A stretch of 20,000 bases of DNA from an uncultured virus (IMG/VR IMGVR_UViG_3300035670_000180) (taxonomy: Duplodnaviria > Heunggongvirae > Uroviricota > Caudoviricetes), in the IMG/VR virus record IMGVR_UViG_3300035670_000180; one strand, 5' to 3'. Each line of letters opens with the position of its first letter. The first letter of the stretch is position 1. Position numbers and translations under genes: made by a program. Below, piece by piece: positions 7,044 through 16,336 of the stretch. The notes below the pieces were generated by a model that saw only the letters and a program-made list of their open reading frames with translations, had not been told where the DNA came from and did no database searches.

Positions 7044-8405
7044 ATGGCCGCCAAGCCGCAGAAAAAGCCGACAAAGACGAGCAAACCGACGAAGGCGAAG
7101 CCTGCCGAAAAGCAGGACGCCATCGCGCAGCCACAACCTATCGGCGAGAAGCACGTCGAATGGACGTGGCTGCCAATCGATGATGTTCGGCCGTATGAGC
7201 GCAACGCGCGCGTGCATTCGCCTGCACAGATCGAGCAGATCAAGGCATCGCTCGACACGTTCGGCTGGCAGAACGCCATCCTCGTCGATGCGAACCGCGT
7301 TGTGATCGCTGGGCATGGCCGCCTCGAGGGCGCTCGCGCTCGCGGCGACAAGGTCGTCCCGGTCGTCGTTGCCACCGATCTCGACGAGATGCAGGTCAGG
7401 CTCTACCGGCTGGCGGACAACAAGATCGCCCTCAACAGCGCGTGGGACGAGGACCTTCTCTCTGCTGAGATGACCGACCTTGCTGCCCTTGATCTCAACT
7501 TGAACGTCACGGGGTTCGACGGTCTGGAGCTCGACAAGCTCCTCACGCATTTCCTCGGCGACGACGGTGGCGGCATGACCGACCCCGACGAGGCGCCGGA
7601 GCCGCAGCCTAATCCGGTGACGGTGCCGGGCGACATATGGCTGCTCGGCTCCCACCGCATCATCTGCGGAAGTTCGACCGACGCCGCGACGGTTGCTGCC
7701 GTCCTTGCAGGGGCAAAGCCGCATCTGATGGTGACGGACCCTCCGTATGGGGTCGAGTATGATCCTGATTGGAGAAACAAAGCCGAACGGGCCAACGGCA
7801 AGAAGATAGGTGCCAAAGCTGTCGGCGTCGTTTCAAACGACGACAAGGCCGACTGGCGCGAGGCGTGGGCGCTTTTCCCCGGCGATGTAGCCTACGTCTG
7901 GCATGCCGGAAACAAGGCAGACATCGTCGCACGCAGCTTGAACGAATGCCGCTTTGCGATTCGCGCCCAAATTGTCTGGGCGAAGAATCAGCTTGTGATC
8001 GGGCGTGGCGACTACCACCCGAAGCACGAGCCGTGCTGGTACGCCGTCCGCGACGGCAAGACGGGCCATTGGAACGGCGACCGCAAGCAGACGACGCTCT
8101 GGGAAATAGACAAGCCGCGCAAGAGCGAGACGGGGCACAGTACGCAGAAGCCTGTCGAGTGCATGCTGCGACCGATCCGCAACAACAGCCAGCCGGGCGA
8201 TGCGGTCTATGAGCCGTTCTCCGGGTCAGGAACGACAATCATCGCCGCCGAGATGTCCAAGCGGCGGTGCCACGCCGTGGAGCTGAACCCGGCTTACGTC
8301 GATGTGGCGGTCAAGCGCTGGCAAGAGTTCACCGGCCAGGAAGCGGTCCACGAAAAGTCTGGCGCGACATTCGCCGCCATCCAGGCCATGCGAAAGGCAG
8401 CATAA
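7044..8405 (+). CDS. ParB-like N-terminal domain fused to an N6-adenine/N4-cytosine DNA methyltransferase (beta class)
   Basis: PYERNARVH...SLDTFGW...IAGHGRL...LADNK (ParB/Srx fold); VTDPPYG (motif IV) precedes HSTQKP and YEPFSGSGTT (motif I). Alternative start at 7032. Confidence 0.95.
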   Translation: MAAKPQKKPTKTSKPTKAKPAEKQDAIAQPQPIGEKHVEWTWLPIDDVRPYERNARVHSPAQIEQIKASLDTFGWQNAILVDANRVVIAGHGRLEGARARGDKVVPVVVATDLDEMQVRLYRLADNKIALNSAWDEDLLSAEMTDLAALDLNLNVTGFDGLELDKLLTHFLGDDGGGMTDPDEAPEPQPNPVTVPGDIWLLGSHRIICGSSTDAATVAAVLAGAKPHLMVTDPPYGVEYDPDWRNKAERANGKKIGAKAVGVVSNDDKADWREAWALFPGDVAYVWHAGNKADIVARSLNECRFAIRAQIVWAKNQLVIGRGDYHPKHEPCWYAVRDGKTGHWNGDRKQTTLWEIDKPRKSETGHSTQKPVECMLRPIRNNSQPGDAVYEPFSGSGTTIIAAEMSKRRCHAVELNPAYVDVAVKRWQEFTGQEAVHEKSGATFAAIQAMRKAA

Positions 8406-8408
8406 TCC

Positions 8409-8948
8409 GTGTCGGATCGATTGACTCCGAACGAGCTTGCGAAGGTGTGGGGCGTATCGAGGCAAGCTGTCGACAAGCAAATTAAGAATGGTCGCCTCAC
8501 GGTTGGGGCCGACAAGAAGATCGCGCGTGCTGACGCTGATCGGGTGCGCCTCGAGCTCAATCCCAACATCGCAGCAAAGGAGGCGGAGGCGAGGGCGCTT
8601 GGTGGGCAACAGTCAGCCCAACAGGATCAATCGCATCCGATTGTCCAGGCACGCACGATGGAGGCGGTCTACAAGGCCAAGCAGCGGGAGCTTTCGTTCA
8701 AGCTCCAAGCTGGTGCGCTTGTGCCGGTGCAGACCATCAAGAACGAGGGATTCGAGGCTGCCCGTGCGGCACGCCTCCATATCATGGCGATCCCCCAGCG
8801 GCTCACCGCTGAGATCGTGACGTGCCTGTCACTCCCTCGTGATCAAGTCGAGCCCGCAATACGGCGAATCCTCGAACGCGAGGCGAAAGCGGTCCTTGGG
8901 AACCTCATCGAGGCCCTGGAGCAGATCACCGCCCGCGAGGCCGCCTGA
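8409..8948 (+). CDS. Terminase small subunit (Nu1-like)
   Basis: N-terminal winged HTH TPNELAKVWGVSRQAVDKQIKNGRL; 'AKQRELSFKLQAGALVP...IMAIPQRL' as in Nu1-like proteins; lies upstream of terL. Confidence 0.85.
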   Translation: MSDRLTPNELAKVWGVSRQAVDKQIKNGRLTVGADKKIARADADRVRLELNPNIAAKEAEARALGGQQSAQQDQSHPIVQARTMEAVYKAKQRELSFKLQAGALVPVQTIKNEGFEAARAARLHIMAIPQRLTAEIVTCLSLPRDQVEPAIRRILEREAKAVLGNLIEALEQITAREAA

Positions 8949-8971
8949 GCGCGCCCAAACAGGAAACCACC

Positions 8972-9937
8972 ATGAACATGCTGAAACGCGGCGTCCTCGC
9001 CGTGCTGATCTCCCTTGCCTGCGCGCTGCCCGTATCGGCGGCCGATGTCGGCGGCAGCTGCTGTGCCGATCTCGAAGAGCGGGTGAAGGAGATGGAGGCC
9101 ACGGTTGCGACCAAGGGCAATCGCAAGGTCTCGGTGACGATCTCGGGCCAAGTGTCCAAGTCGCTTCTCTGGATCGATGGCGATGATGCTGTGATCGGCG
9201 ACAACGCCAACAGCCCGAGCCGGGTCCGTGTCGACGGCAAGGCCAAGGTCAATGCCGATGTCGAGGCGGGCTACGTGTTCGAGATGAACGCCGACGCCCT
9301 GACGCTGCGGCATTCGTTCGTCTACCTCAAGACGGCAATCGGCAAGGTCAGCCTCGGGCATACGTCGACGGCAACGGATGGCGTGAGCGAGGTATCGCTC
9401 GCCAACACGAACGTCGCGAACCTGCCGAGCAACATCTACGGCGGCATCGTCGATGGACCGCGCCGGAACCTGATCCGCTACGATAGCCCGACTATTGCGG
9501 GGTTCTACGCCTCCGCCTCATGGGCGAGCGAGGATGAGTGGGACGCGGCGCTGCGATACGCGAGCGAGCTGGGCGAGTTCCGGCTGGCGGGTGCTGTCGG
9601 GTACGCGACCGACTTCGGCCTCGAGCGCTTGTCGGGGTCTGGCAGCGTGATGCACGTCCCGTCCGGCGTATTTCTCAACGGCATCTATGGTCGCGTCGAT
9701 GATGCTGACGCTACGGCGTGGCATCTGACGGGCGGTGTTGAGCGCAAGCTGTCCGAGATTGGCGCGACGACGCTGTTTGCTGAGTACGGCAAGCTCGACG
9801 TGCTTGGCGTTTCCGGCGACGGCTTCGGCCTCGGGATCGTCCAGGCGGTCGACGCGGCGTCAATGGACCTGTTCGCGGCGTATCGCGACATCGACGATGT
9901 GTCGGTCATCCACGCGGGTGCCCGCATCAAGTTTTGA
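8972..9937 (+). CDS. Outer-membrane porin (alphaproteobacterial type)
   Basis: Signal peptide; AADVGGSCCADLEERVKEMEATVATKGNRKVSVTISGQV N-terminus as recalled for Hyphomicrobium-type porins; IRYDSPTIAGF motif; amphipathic beta strands; terminal Phe (GARIKF). Confidence 0.9.
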   Translation: MNMLKRGVLAVLISLACALPVSAADVGGSCCADLEERVKEMEATVATKGNRKVSVTISGQVSKSLLWIDGDDAVIGDNANSPSRVRVDGKAKVNADVEAGYVFEMNADALTLRHSFVYLKTAIGKVSLGHTSTATDGVSEVSLANTNVANLPSNIYGGIVDGPRRNLIRYDSPTIAGFYASASWASEDEWDAALRYASELGEFRLAGAVGYATDFGLERLSGSGSVMHVPSGVFLNGIYGRVDDADATAWHLTGGVERKLSEIGATTLFAEYGKLDVLGVSGDGFGLGIVQAVDAASMDLFAAYRDIDDVSVIHAGARIKF

Positions 9938-9997
9938 GGCCTGCCGCACGCCCTGTGCCGCCGCCTCAAACTCGCGGAGGCTGAGAGTCCTCCGCGC

Positions 9998-10038
9998 GGG
10001 TCCCGGCTGCTTCGTCCCAGCCGGGACCCCTCCTTTTC
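9998..10038 (+). terminator. Strong hairpin / probable terminator after the porin
   Basis: Perfect 12-bp stem GGGTCCCGGCTG-N8-CAGCCGGGACCC followed by CTCCTTTTC. Confidence 0.65.
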
Positions 10039-10219
10039 AATTCCACATTCGCGCGGCCCTCCAAGCAAAGGCCATTTACCAGTCGGGCGAGCGCGAGGCC
10101 GGTGGCGATCCCATCGGCCGAGATTGTCTGCGGATCGCGGAACACGCTTGAGCCGCGACATGGCGGGGCGGCACCAACACATGCCGCCCCGCGCTATCAA
10201 TCCGGGGGGATTGCATCGC

Positions 10220-12013
10220 ATGGCGTTGATTGACGGACTGATGGAAGGCTTGCGCCTCCCGCCAGACATGACGGTATGCGAGTGGGCGGAGCAGAACGTC
10301 ATCCTCGGCAATGAGAACGCGGAGCCGGGTCCATATCGCGTCTACCGCACGCCTTACGCGCGCGGGATGATGGACGTCTTGCTTGATCCAGACGTGGAGA
10401 TCGTCGCCTATCACACGAGCGCCCAGGTCGCGAAGACCATGAGCATGCTCATCGGGATCGGCTACCATATCCACCATGATCCATGCGCGATGCTGATGGT
10501 CCTGCCGGATAACGGCATCGCCGAGACGTTCAGCAAGGCGAAGCTGACGCCCTACCTCAATTCGACCCAGGTATTGCGTGATCGAATCGGCGGCCTCGAC
10601 GGCTCCAGGCAAAACTCCTCGACGATGTACCGCAAGGAGTTTCCGGGCGGCTACTTGGCCCTCGTGGGTGCCAAGACGCCTGCTGCCCTGGCAATGCAGT
10701 CCGTGAGGATCGTCTGGGCCGACGAGATCGACCGCTTCCCCATGTCAGCCGGGCGCGAAGGCGATCCGCTTTGGCTCGCATTCGTGCGCGCCAGGACCTA
10801 CGTCGGGCGCCGGAAGCTGGTCGTGTCGTCAACACCGACGATCAAGAGCCAGTCGAACATCGACAATTACTACGAGGCCTCCGACAAGCGGCTGTTCCTC
10901 GTGCCCCTTCCGTGTGGCTGCGACATGCAACATTTGGAGTGGGGCAACGTCAGATGGGAGCCGGGACGCCCTGAGAGCGCCGAATACGCCTGCCGATACT
11001 GCGGCGAGCTGCACTCTGATCCCGCGCTGAAGCTGGCGATCCGCGATCCGCGAGCGAAGTGGGTGGCGACGGCGCCATTTACGGGAACGGCCGGGTTCCA
11101 CATCTGGCAAATCTACTCGCCCTGGTCGTCGATGCAGGAGATCGTCTCCACATATGAGCGATCCAAGGACAACCCGCTCACTTACGAGGGCTGGGTCAAC
11201 ACGGTCCTCGGCGAGTCGTGGGACCAGGACGAAAACAACCGTACATCGCCGGACCTGCTCTATGAGGGCCGCATCGAATTTCCCGGCGACAAGATACCGC
11301 GCGGGGCGGCGGTCGTATGCGCTGGCGTTGACGTTCAGGGTGATCGCCTCGAGCTCCTTGTGGCGGCGTTCGGGCCGAAGCATTCGGTCTGGCTGCTCAA
11401 CCATCAAGTGTTCTTCGGTGACGTGACCGGCGACGATGTCTGGACGCGCCTGGAGGACGCTCTGAAACGGCGCTACGCGCACGAGACGCATCCGCTGGTA
11501 TCCCGGCCCATCGAAGGCGTTGCCATCGACTCCGGCGCCTACACGCAGCGCGTCTACGACTTCGTGGTCCGCGCGCATCGGCAGAGCCGCCCGTGGTTCG
11601 CGGTGAAGGGCCAGCCGGGCGAGCAGCGGCTGACGTGGGAGGCATCCAAGATGCGTCTCAAGGAGGGCACGCGGCTCTACAACGTCGGCGTCGATACGAT
11701 GAAGACGGAAATCTACGCGCGTCTCGCCTCGGAGAGCGCCTCGGAGAACCGCATCTACATTCGGAACGCCGAATGCTTCACGAAAGAGTTCTGCGAGCAG
11801 CTTCTGGCCGAGCGGGTGCGCATCGTCCCGACGCAGAAGGGGTTCCTGAAGCGTGAATGGCACAAGATCAGGCCGCGCAACGAAGCGCTGGACCTCTTGG
11901 TCTACGCAGAGGCGGTCCATCGCCACCTGAACATCGACCACGTCGGCAGATTGCGGCGATTGAGCGAAACAAGGCCGCCATCGACGGCTGGTCTTGCAAA
12001 ACTGTTCGTTTGA
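10220..12013 (+). CDS. Terminase large subunit, lambda GpA family
   Basis: TVCEWAE..PGPY...RTPY; Walker A-like SAQVAKT; Walker B IVWADEIDRF; SSTPT; AGVDVQGDRLE; AIDSG; RNEALDLLVYA. Start chosen at ATG 10220 after GGGGGGA. Confidence 0.96.
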   Translation: MALIDGLMEGLRLPPDMTVCEWAEQNVILGNENAEPGPYRVYRTPYARGMMDVLLDPDVEIVAYHTSAQVAKTMSMLIGIGYHIHHDPCAMLMVLPDNGIAETFSKAKLTPYLNSTQVLRDRIGGLDGSRQNSSTMYRKEFPGGYLALVGAKTPAALAMQSVRIVWADEIDRFPMSAGREGDPLWLAFVRARTYVGRRKLVVSSTPTIKSQSNIDNYYEASDKRLFLVPLPCGCDMQHLEWGNVRWEPGRPESAEYACRYCGELHSDPALKLAIRDPRAKWVATAPFTGTAGFHIWQIYSPWSSMQEIVSTYERSKDNPLTYEGWVNTVLGESWDQDENNRTSPDLLYEGRIEFPGDKIPRGAAVVCAGVDVQGDRLELLVAAFGPKHSVWLLNHQVFFGDVTGDDVWTRLEDALKRRYAHETHPLVSRPIEGVAIDSGAYTQRVYDFVVRAHRQSRPWFAVKGQPGEQRLTWEASKMRLKEGTRLYNVGVDTMKTEIYARLASESASENRIYIRNAECFTKEFCEQLLAERVRIVPTQKGFLKREWHKIRPRNEALDLLVYAEAVHRHLNIDHVGRLRRLSETRPPSTAGLAKLFV

Positions 12014-12037
12014 GCCCGAAAAAGCAGGGATTTTGGC

Positions 12038-12331
12038 ATGTCTTGCGACGAAAACACGGGCATCGACCCGTCCAATATGACCTGCTTCGAGTATGCCAAC
12101 GCCCTGCTCGCCGCTTACACGTCGGCGATCACGGGCGGGACGGCAGTTCAGGTCCGCCACGGCAACAACTGGGTGACGTATCGCACCGCCACGGCGAGCG
12201 ACATGGTGCAGCTGCGCAATCTCTATCAGGCGGTGAGGGCGTCGTGCCCGGATGCCGCGCGATTGCCCGACCTATCGCCGTCTGCGCGGGTCATTCGCGG
12301 CCCATCGGCACGCCTTCGGATTTGCCGATGA
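12038..12331 (+). CDS. Head-tail joining protein, gpW-like
   Basis: AITGGTAVQVRHGNNWVTYRTATASDMVQLRNL matches the gpW pattern; lies between terL and portal. Confidence 0.75.
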   Translation: MSCDENTGIDPSNMTCFEYANALLAAYTSAITGGTAVQVRHGNNWVTYRTATASDMVQLRNLYQAVRASCPDAARLPDLSPSARVIRGPSARLRICR

Positions 12332-12888
12332 TGCGCTGCGCGGCCCGGATGGCGATTGTCGCGGCGGCTGCGCTGATGTGCGGGCCTGCTGACGCGCAGA
12401 CATTCGACATGCGCTGGATCGGCGAGGCAATCGACGCTCGAAAGCCCGAAAAACCGCGAAAAAACAGCCATTTTCGGCCCAAAAAGCGCGAAAAAACACG
12501 GTCTGAAGCGCCGAAAAAGCCCGAAAAACCGCGTATTTTCGAGCGTTCCGACGCCCCAGAAGAGGCCGATAGCGTGCCGCGCGGGACGTGTTTGCCGCAA
12601 GTCGGGGCGATCTCGCATGAGCGTTTGAGCGCTGAAAACGCCTGGGAAGACGCTCAAAGGGCCTGGATGAACAGCGTCCGGTGGCTCTACGGCGAGCGTT
12701 TCATGTCGATTTCGACCGCATCGCGCGTTGTCCGCATCTGCAACATATCCGCATCGAGCCAAGGCGCGGCCGGACGCATGGGCGAAGCCTTGCGAGATGC
12801 TGCTGGCCTCGAGGTCGGCGGCTCGAAATGGCGCTGTCAGATCGAAGCGCAGCCCTGCATGGCGCCGCGCGAGGCGGGCGGCAGGTAA
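12328..12888 (+). CDS. Secreted hypothetical protein (Lys/Pro-rich linker and 4-Cys domain)
   Basis: ATGA overlap with the gpW stop; signal-like MAIVAAAALMCGPADA; KPEKPR twice; C-terminal C...AW...VRWLYGE.F...C...C.I.A.PC. Confidence 0.7.
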   Translation: MMRCAARMAIVAAAALMCGPADAQTFDMRWIGEAIDARKPEKPRKNSHFRPKKREKTRSEAPKKPEKPRIFERSDAPEEADSVPRGTCLPQVGAISHERLSAENAWEDAQRAWMNSVRWLYGERFMSISTASRVVRICNISASSQGAAGRMGEALRDAAGLEVGGSKWRCQIEAQPCMAPREAGGR

Positions 12889-12906
12889 AACACCAACGGA
12901 GGCCGC

Positions 12907-14601
12907 ATGTCCGGCGATAACGTGCCGCGCCGCATCGTCAGCGGCGAAGTCCTGGCCCCGAACCCTTGGGACTATCGCTCAAACCAGCATGCCGAGATCG
13001 CTTGTTGGCAGCCCCCGCTTGTCTCGGCAGACGTCGAGATGCAGCCGGGCCTGCACGTCAACAGGGCGCGATCTCGCGAACTGGTCCATACCAACGCGTT
13101 TGCGTCCAACGCGCTCGAAACGCTGCGCGACGGCGTCATCGGGCGGTCCTTCGATCTCGCGCTCATTCCCGACTACGATGTTCTGGGCGTGAGTGCCGAC
13201 GAGGCCGACACCTGGGCTCAATTCGCCGAGGGCGAGTGGCGCCGGTATGCCTCGAGCTACCATTTCGACGTGGACGCCAGCCGCAAGAGCACCTGGACGT
13301 TTTTGATGCATCAAGTCATGGCGGGCGTGCATGTCGATGGCGAGGTGCTTGGCATCGTGCGCGCCAAGGAAGGGCCGCTTGGCTATCAGACCTGCCTCCA
13401 GATGATCGAGCCCGAGCGCCTGGACGACCGCAACAATCAGGTCGACACGAACCTCGTGGAGATCAGATACGGCGTCGAGCGCGACGAATACGGCGAGCCC
13501 ATCGCGTATCACATTCGCAAGTCGCACCCGTCCGACGCGCGATGGAACCTGCCCAGGACAGGCGACGACACCGTCCGCATCGAGCGGTACGGGCTGAACT
13601 ATCGTCCCCAGGTGCTCCATGTTTTCGACGAGGATCGTCCCGGCATGACCAGGGGCGTGTCGCGGGCGATGATTACGTCGCTGCGGCAAATCAAGATGCT
13701 GCAGAGCTACAATGATGCGGAATTGGCAAAGCAAATCCAGGCGGCGTCGTTCGCGGCGGTCATCGAAAGCGAGCTGGACTATACCAAGGCGATGGGGCTC
13801 TTGGGCGACCAGATGGAGAGCTACGGCAACAACATCACGACGGCGGCCGTCAGCCACCTGAAATCCATCGCGCCCTATCACAAGGAGACCGGGCTGAATT
13901 ACGGGGGCGCGCGCGTTGTGCATCTCGTGCCCGGCGAGCAGCTTAAGCTGGTCCAATCAGCCGTCAGCGGCATGCAGATGGAGCCCTTCGAGCGGGCGTT
14001 CCTGCGCCAGATCGCGGCGGGCCTGAACGTGTCCTACGAGGACCTGTCGCGCGACTACTCCGACCTGTCCTATTCGGCGGCAAGGCAATCGCTCACCCAG
14101 GTCTGGCGGCGCTACCTGCGCATGCGCACGATGCTCGTCCAGAAGTTCGCCATGCCGTTTGTCGCGGCGTGGATGGAAGAGGCGATCATGACCAAGCGTC
14201 TGCCGATGCTCGGGCGCTTCAAGGCGAACGATCAGGGCTGGCGCAACGCGCGGCATGCCCTTGTTCGCGGCGATTTCATCAGCTGGGACCGCCCGATCAT
14301 CGATCCGGTGAAGGAATACACCGGCAAGGGCATCGCGATGGCCTACGGCCTGACGACGCTTCGTGATGAGGCGGCGGCCGAGGGCAGCGATTGGACGTCG
14401 AACCTTCGCCAGCGCGAACGCGAAATGCGCGAGCGCGAACGTCTTGGCCTGAACCAAGGCGGCGCCGATCCGACGCTCACGATTGGCGGCCAGGTGACGG
14501 ATATGCCCGACGCAACGGCTGATGCCGGATCGGGCGGCGGCAATCGCAAAGCAGGCAACACCCAAGAGCAACGCCGGGCGCGCTCGGACGGCCGAGGATA
14601 A
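12907..14601 (+). CDS. Portal protein, lambda family
   Basis: RARSRELVHTN, DGEVL, LQMIEPERL, GVERDEYGEPIAYHI, RPGMTRGVS, IAAGLNVSYEDLSRDYS..SYSAAR, IDPVKE; RBS GGAGG. Confidence 0.96.
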   Translation: MSGDNVPRRIVSGEVLAPNPWDYRSNQHAEIACWQPPLVSADVEMQPGLHVNRARSRELVHTNAFASNALETLRDGVIGRSFDLALIPDYDVLGVSADEADTWAQFAEGEWRRYASSYHFDVDASRKSTWTFLMHQVMAGVHVDGEVLGIVRAKEGPLGYQTCLQMIEPERLDDRNNQVDTNLVEIRYGVERDEYGEPIAYHIRKSHPSDARWNLPRTGDDTVRIERYGLNYRPQVLHVFDEDRPGMTRGVSRAMITSLRQIKMLQSYNDAELAKQIQAASFAAVIESELDYTKAMGLLGDQMESYGNNITTAAVSHLKSIAPYHKETGLNYGGARVVHLVPGEQLKLVQSAVSGMQMEPFERAFLRQIAAGLNVSYEDLSRDYSDLSYSAARQSLTQVWRRYLRMRTMLVQKFAMPFVAAWMEEAIMTKRLPMLGRFKANDQGWRNARHALVRGDFISWDRPIIDPVKEYTGKGIAMAYGLTTLRDEAAAEGSDWTSNLRQREREMRERERLGLNQGGADPTLTIGGQVTDMPDATADAGSGGGNRKAGNTQEQRRARSDGRG

Positions 14602-14605
14602 CCTG

Positions 14606-15919
14606 ATGGCAGACCTACCACTACTGGCCGAGCGGCTGTTCAACAGGCCGCTTCTGGCAACGCCTCGCTATGCTCAAATCGTGACGTCGGTGCTCGCGAA
14701 CCGCCTTCGGGTGCAGCCGATCCTGTCCACGGATGAGGTCGCGGCGAGCATGCGCCCAGGCCGGGCTCCTATGATGACGAAGGACGGCATCTACGTGCTG
14801 CCCATCGTCGGCGGCCTCGTCCATCGCGGCGACAGCATCGAGGCGATGAGCGGCGGACCGACGAGCTACACGGCGATCCATAACAATCTGCTCGCGGCGA
14901 TGGATAACCCGGACGTCCGGGCCATCCTGCTCGATATCGATAGCCCTGGCGGTCAGGCTGTGGGCTGCTTCGAGCTGGCCGACGCCATCGCGGACATGGG
15001 CAAGCGCAAGCCGATCCGGGCCGTGGCAAACGGCATGGCGTGCAGCGCGGCATACGCCATCGGCGCATCGGTCGGCAGAGACAATTTCTACGTCACGCCA
15101 TCCGGCGAGGTCGGCTCCATCGGCGTCGTCCTGATGCACGTCGACTATTCCGAGGCCATGAAGGAAGCCGGTGTCGCCGTGACCTACATTTACGCGGGCA
15201 GGCACAAGGTTGACGGCAATCCATACGAACCGCTGCCGCCTTCCGTCCGGGCTTCGATCCAAGACGAGATCGACGCCCGCTATGAAATGTTCGTCGCCAT
15301 GGTCGAGAAGCATCGGCCCATGACGGCGCGCGAAATCCGCAAGACTGAGGCTGGGTGCTTCCCGGCAGATCGGGCCGTCGAATTGGGCCTTGCGGATGAG
15401 GTCGCGTCCATCGACGCGGTCTTGACGGCCATGAGCCGAGAGCTTCGCCCCGCCAGCAGGGTCGTGAGCATTCCCAGGACTGGAGCAAACGCTATGACGA
15501 TCACTCCTGCCGCGTCCCTGTCTATCGATGAGATGGGCGCGGCTTTCGATGCCGCCGTTGATAAAGCCCGCGCCGATACGCGCGCGCTCGTGACGGCTGA
15601 GATGCAGGCATCCGTGGCCGAGGCCTACGCCAAGGGCCGCGCGGACGCCGCCGCGATCTTCGCCCATGAGGCCGCCGTTGGTCGCGCCCCTCTGGCAGCG
15701 CGCATCGCTGGCAACGCCAAGTTCGATGTGAGCGAGGCCGTCGACATGCTCGCCGCAACACCGTCCGAGGACGGTGGCGCATCGTTCTCCGCCCGCCTCA
15801 AGGCCGCCGACCCGAAGGTTCCGGCCGATGCAGCCGCGCGCGCCGACGTGCCCCAGGCCGATGAGTACCAGACCGCCGTTCGCGGCCATCTGTCTCGCCT
15901 GATCAACCCTGTCCGATAA
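14606..15919 (+). CDS. S49 prohead protease (lambda gpC-like) with C-terminal scaffold region
   Basis: ILLDIDSPGG, ACSAAYAI, VGSIGV, AGRHKVDGNPYEPL, AVELGLAD; ATG 14606 after GAGG. Confidence 0.95.
   Translation: MADLPLLAERLFNRPLLATPRYAQIVTSVLANRLRVQPILSTDEVAASMRPGRAPMMTKDGIYVLPIVGGLVHRGDSIEAMSGGPTSYTAIHNNLLAAMDNPDVRAILLDIDSPGGQAVGCFELADAIADMGKRKPIRAVANGMACSAAYAIGASVGRDNFYVTPSGEVGSIGVVLMHVDYSEAMKEAGVAVTYIYAGRHKVDGNPYEPLPPSVRASIQDEIDARYEMFVAMVEKHRPMTAREIRKTEAGCFPADRAVELGLADEVASIDAVLTAMSRELRPASRVVSIPRTGANAMTITPAASLSIDEMGAAFDAAVDKARADTRALVTAEMQASVAEAYAKGRADAAAIFAHEAAVGRAPLAARIAGNAKFDVSEAVDMLAATPSEDGGASFSARLKAADPKVPADAAARADVPQADEYQTAVRGHLSRLINPVR
15494..15919 (+). CDS. Putative nested scaffolding protein (Nu3-like), in frame with the protease
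   Basis: GGAG at 15482-15485 and in-frame ATG 15494 start an Ala-rich helical region; same arrangement as lambda C/Nu3. Confidence 0.6.
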   Translation: MTITPAASLSIDEMGAAFDAAVDKARADTRALVTAEMQASVAEAYAKGRADAAAIFAHEAAVGRAPLAARIAGNAKFDVSEAVDMLAATPSEDGGASFSARLKAADPKVPADAAARADVPQADEYQTAVRGHLSRLINPVR

Positions 15920-15928
15920 GAGGCAGCA

Positions 15929-16324
15929 ATGAGCAGCAATCTTCCCCATCCCGCTTTCGGCGGCACCGTCTCGGCCCTGGTGATCAATCACCTGTTCATG
16001 CCGGGCAAGGACCCCGTGATGATGCCCTTCGTGATCGCTGCCGGTCAGCAGCTTGAGCCGGGTTCGATCATGGGCTTCCGCACCGCGACCGGCGAGGCCG
16101 TCCTCTCCGTGGCGGCGGCTGGCGACGGCTCCGAGGTCCCGAGCGCGATTCTGATCGAGCCGCTTGATACGTCGGCCGGTGCGCAGACGTTCAGCCTCTG
16201 CGTTGAGGGCGCGTTCAACGAATCCGCCCTTGTCTATGGCGTGGGCCACACGGCGGACACCGTGCGTCTCCCTCTGCGGGATCGCGGCGTGTACCTGTCC
16301 GTCCCCCGCTACAGCTTCGCCTGA
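15929..16324 (+). CDS. Head decoration protein (gpD-like)
   Basis: IAAGQQLEPGSIMG...DGSEVPSAIL...GAFNESAL..LRDRGVY; lies between protease and capsid genes. Confidence 0.88.
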   Translation: MSSNLPHPAFGGTVSALVINHLFMPGKDPVMMPFVIAAGQQLEPGSIMGFRTATGEAVLSVAAAGDGSEVPSAILIEPLDTSAGAQTFSLCVEGAFNESALVYGVGHTADTVRLPLRDRGVYLSVPRYSFA

Positions 16325-16336
16325 TAGGAGCCCAGA

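Noticed and set aside
7712..7720. Possible self-target of the omegaRNA guide (GGCAAAGCC)
   Set aside because: Only 9 contiguous nt match, and the site is followed by GCATC rather than the predicted ATG-type TAM.
9973..9996. TPP riboswitch (GCTGAGA)
   Set aside because: The downstream CCTGAT and GCGNAGGGA elements are absent.
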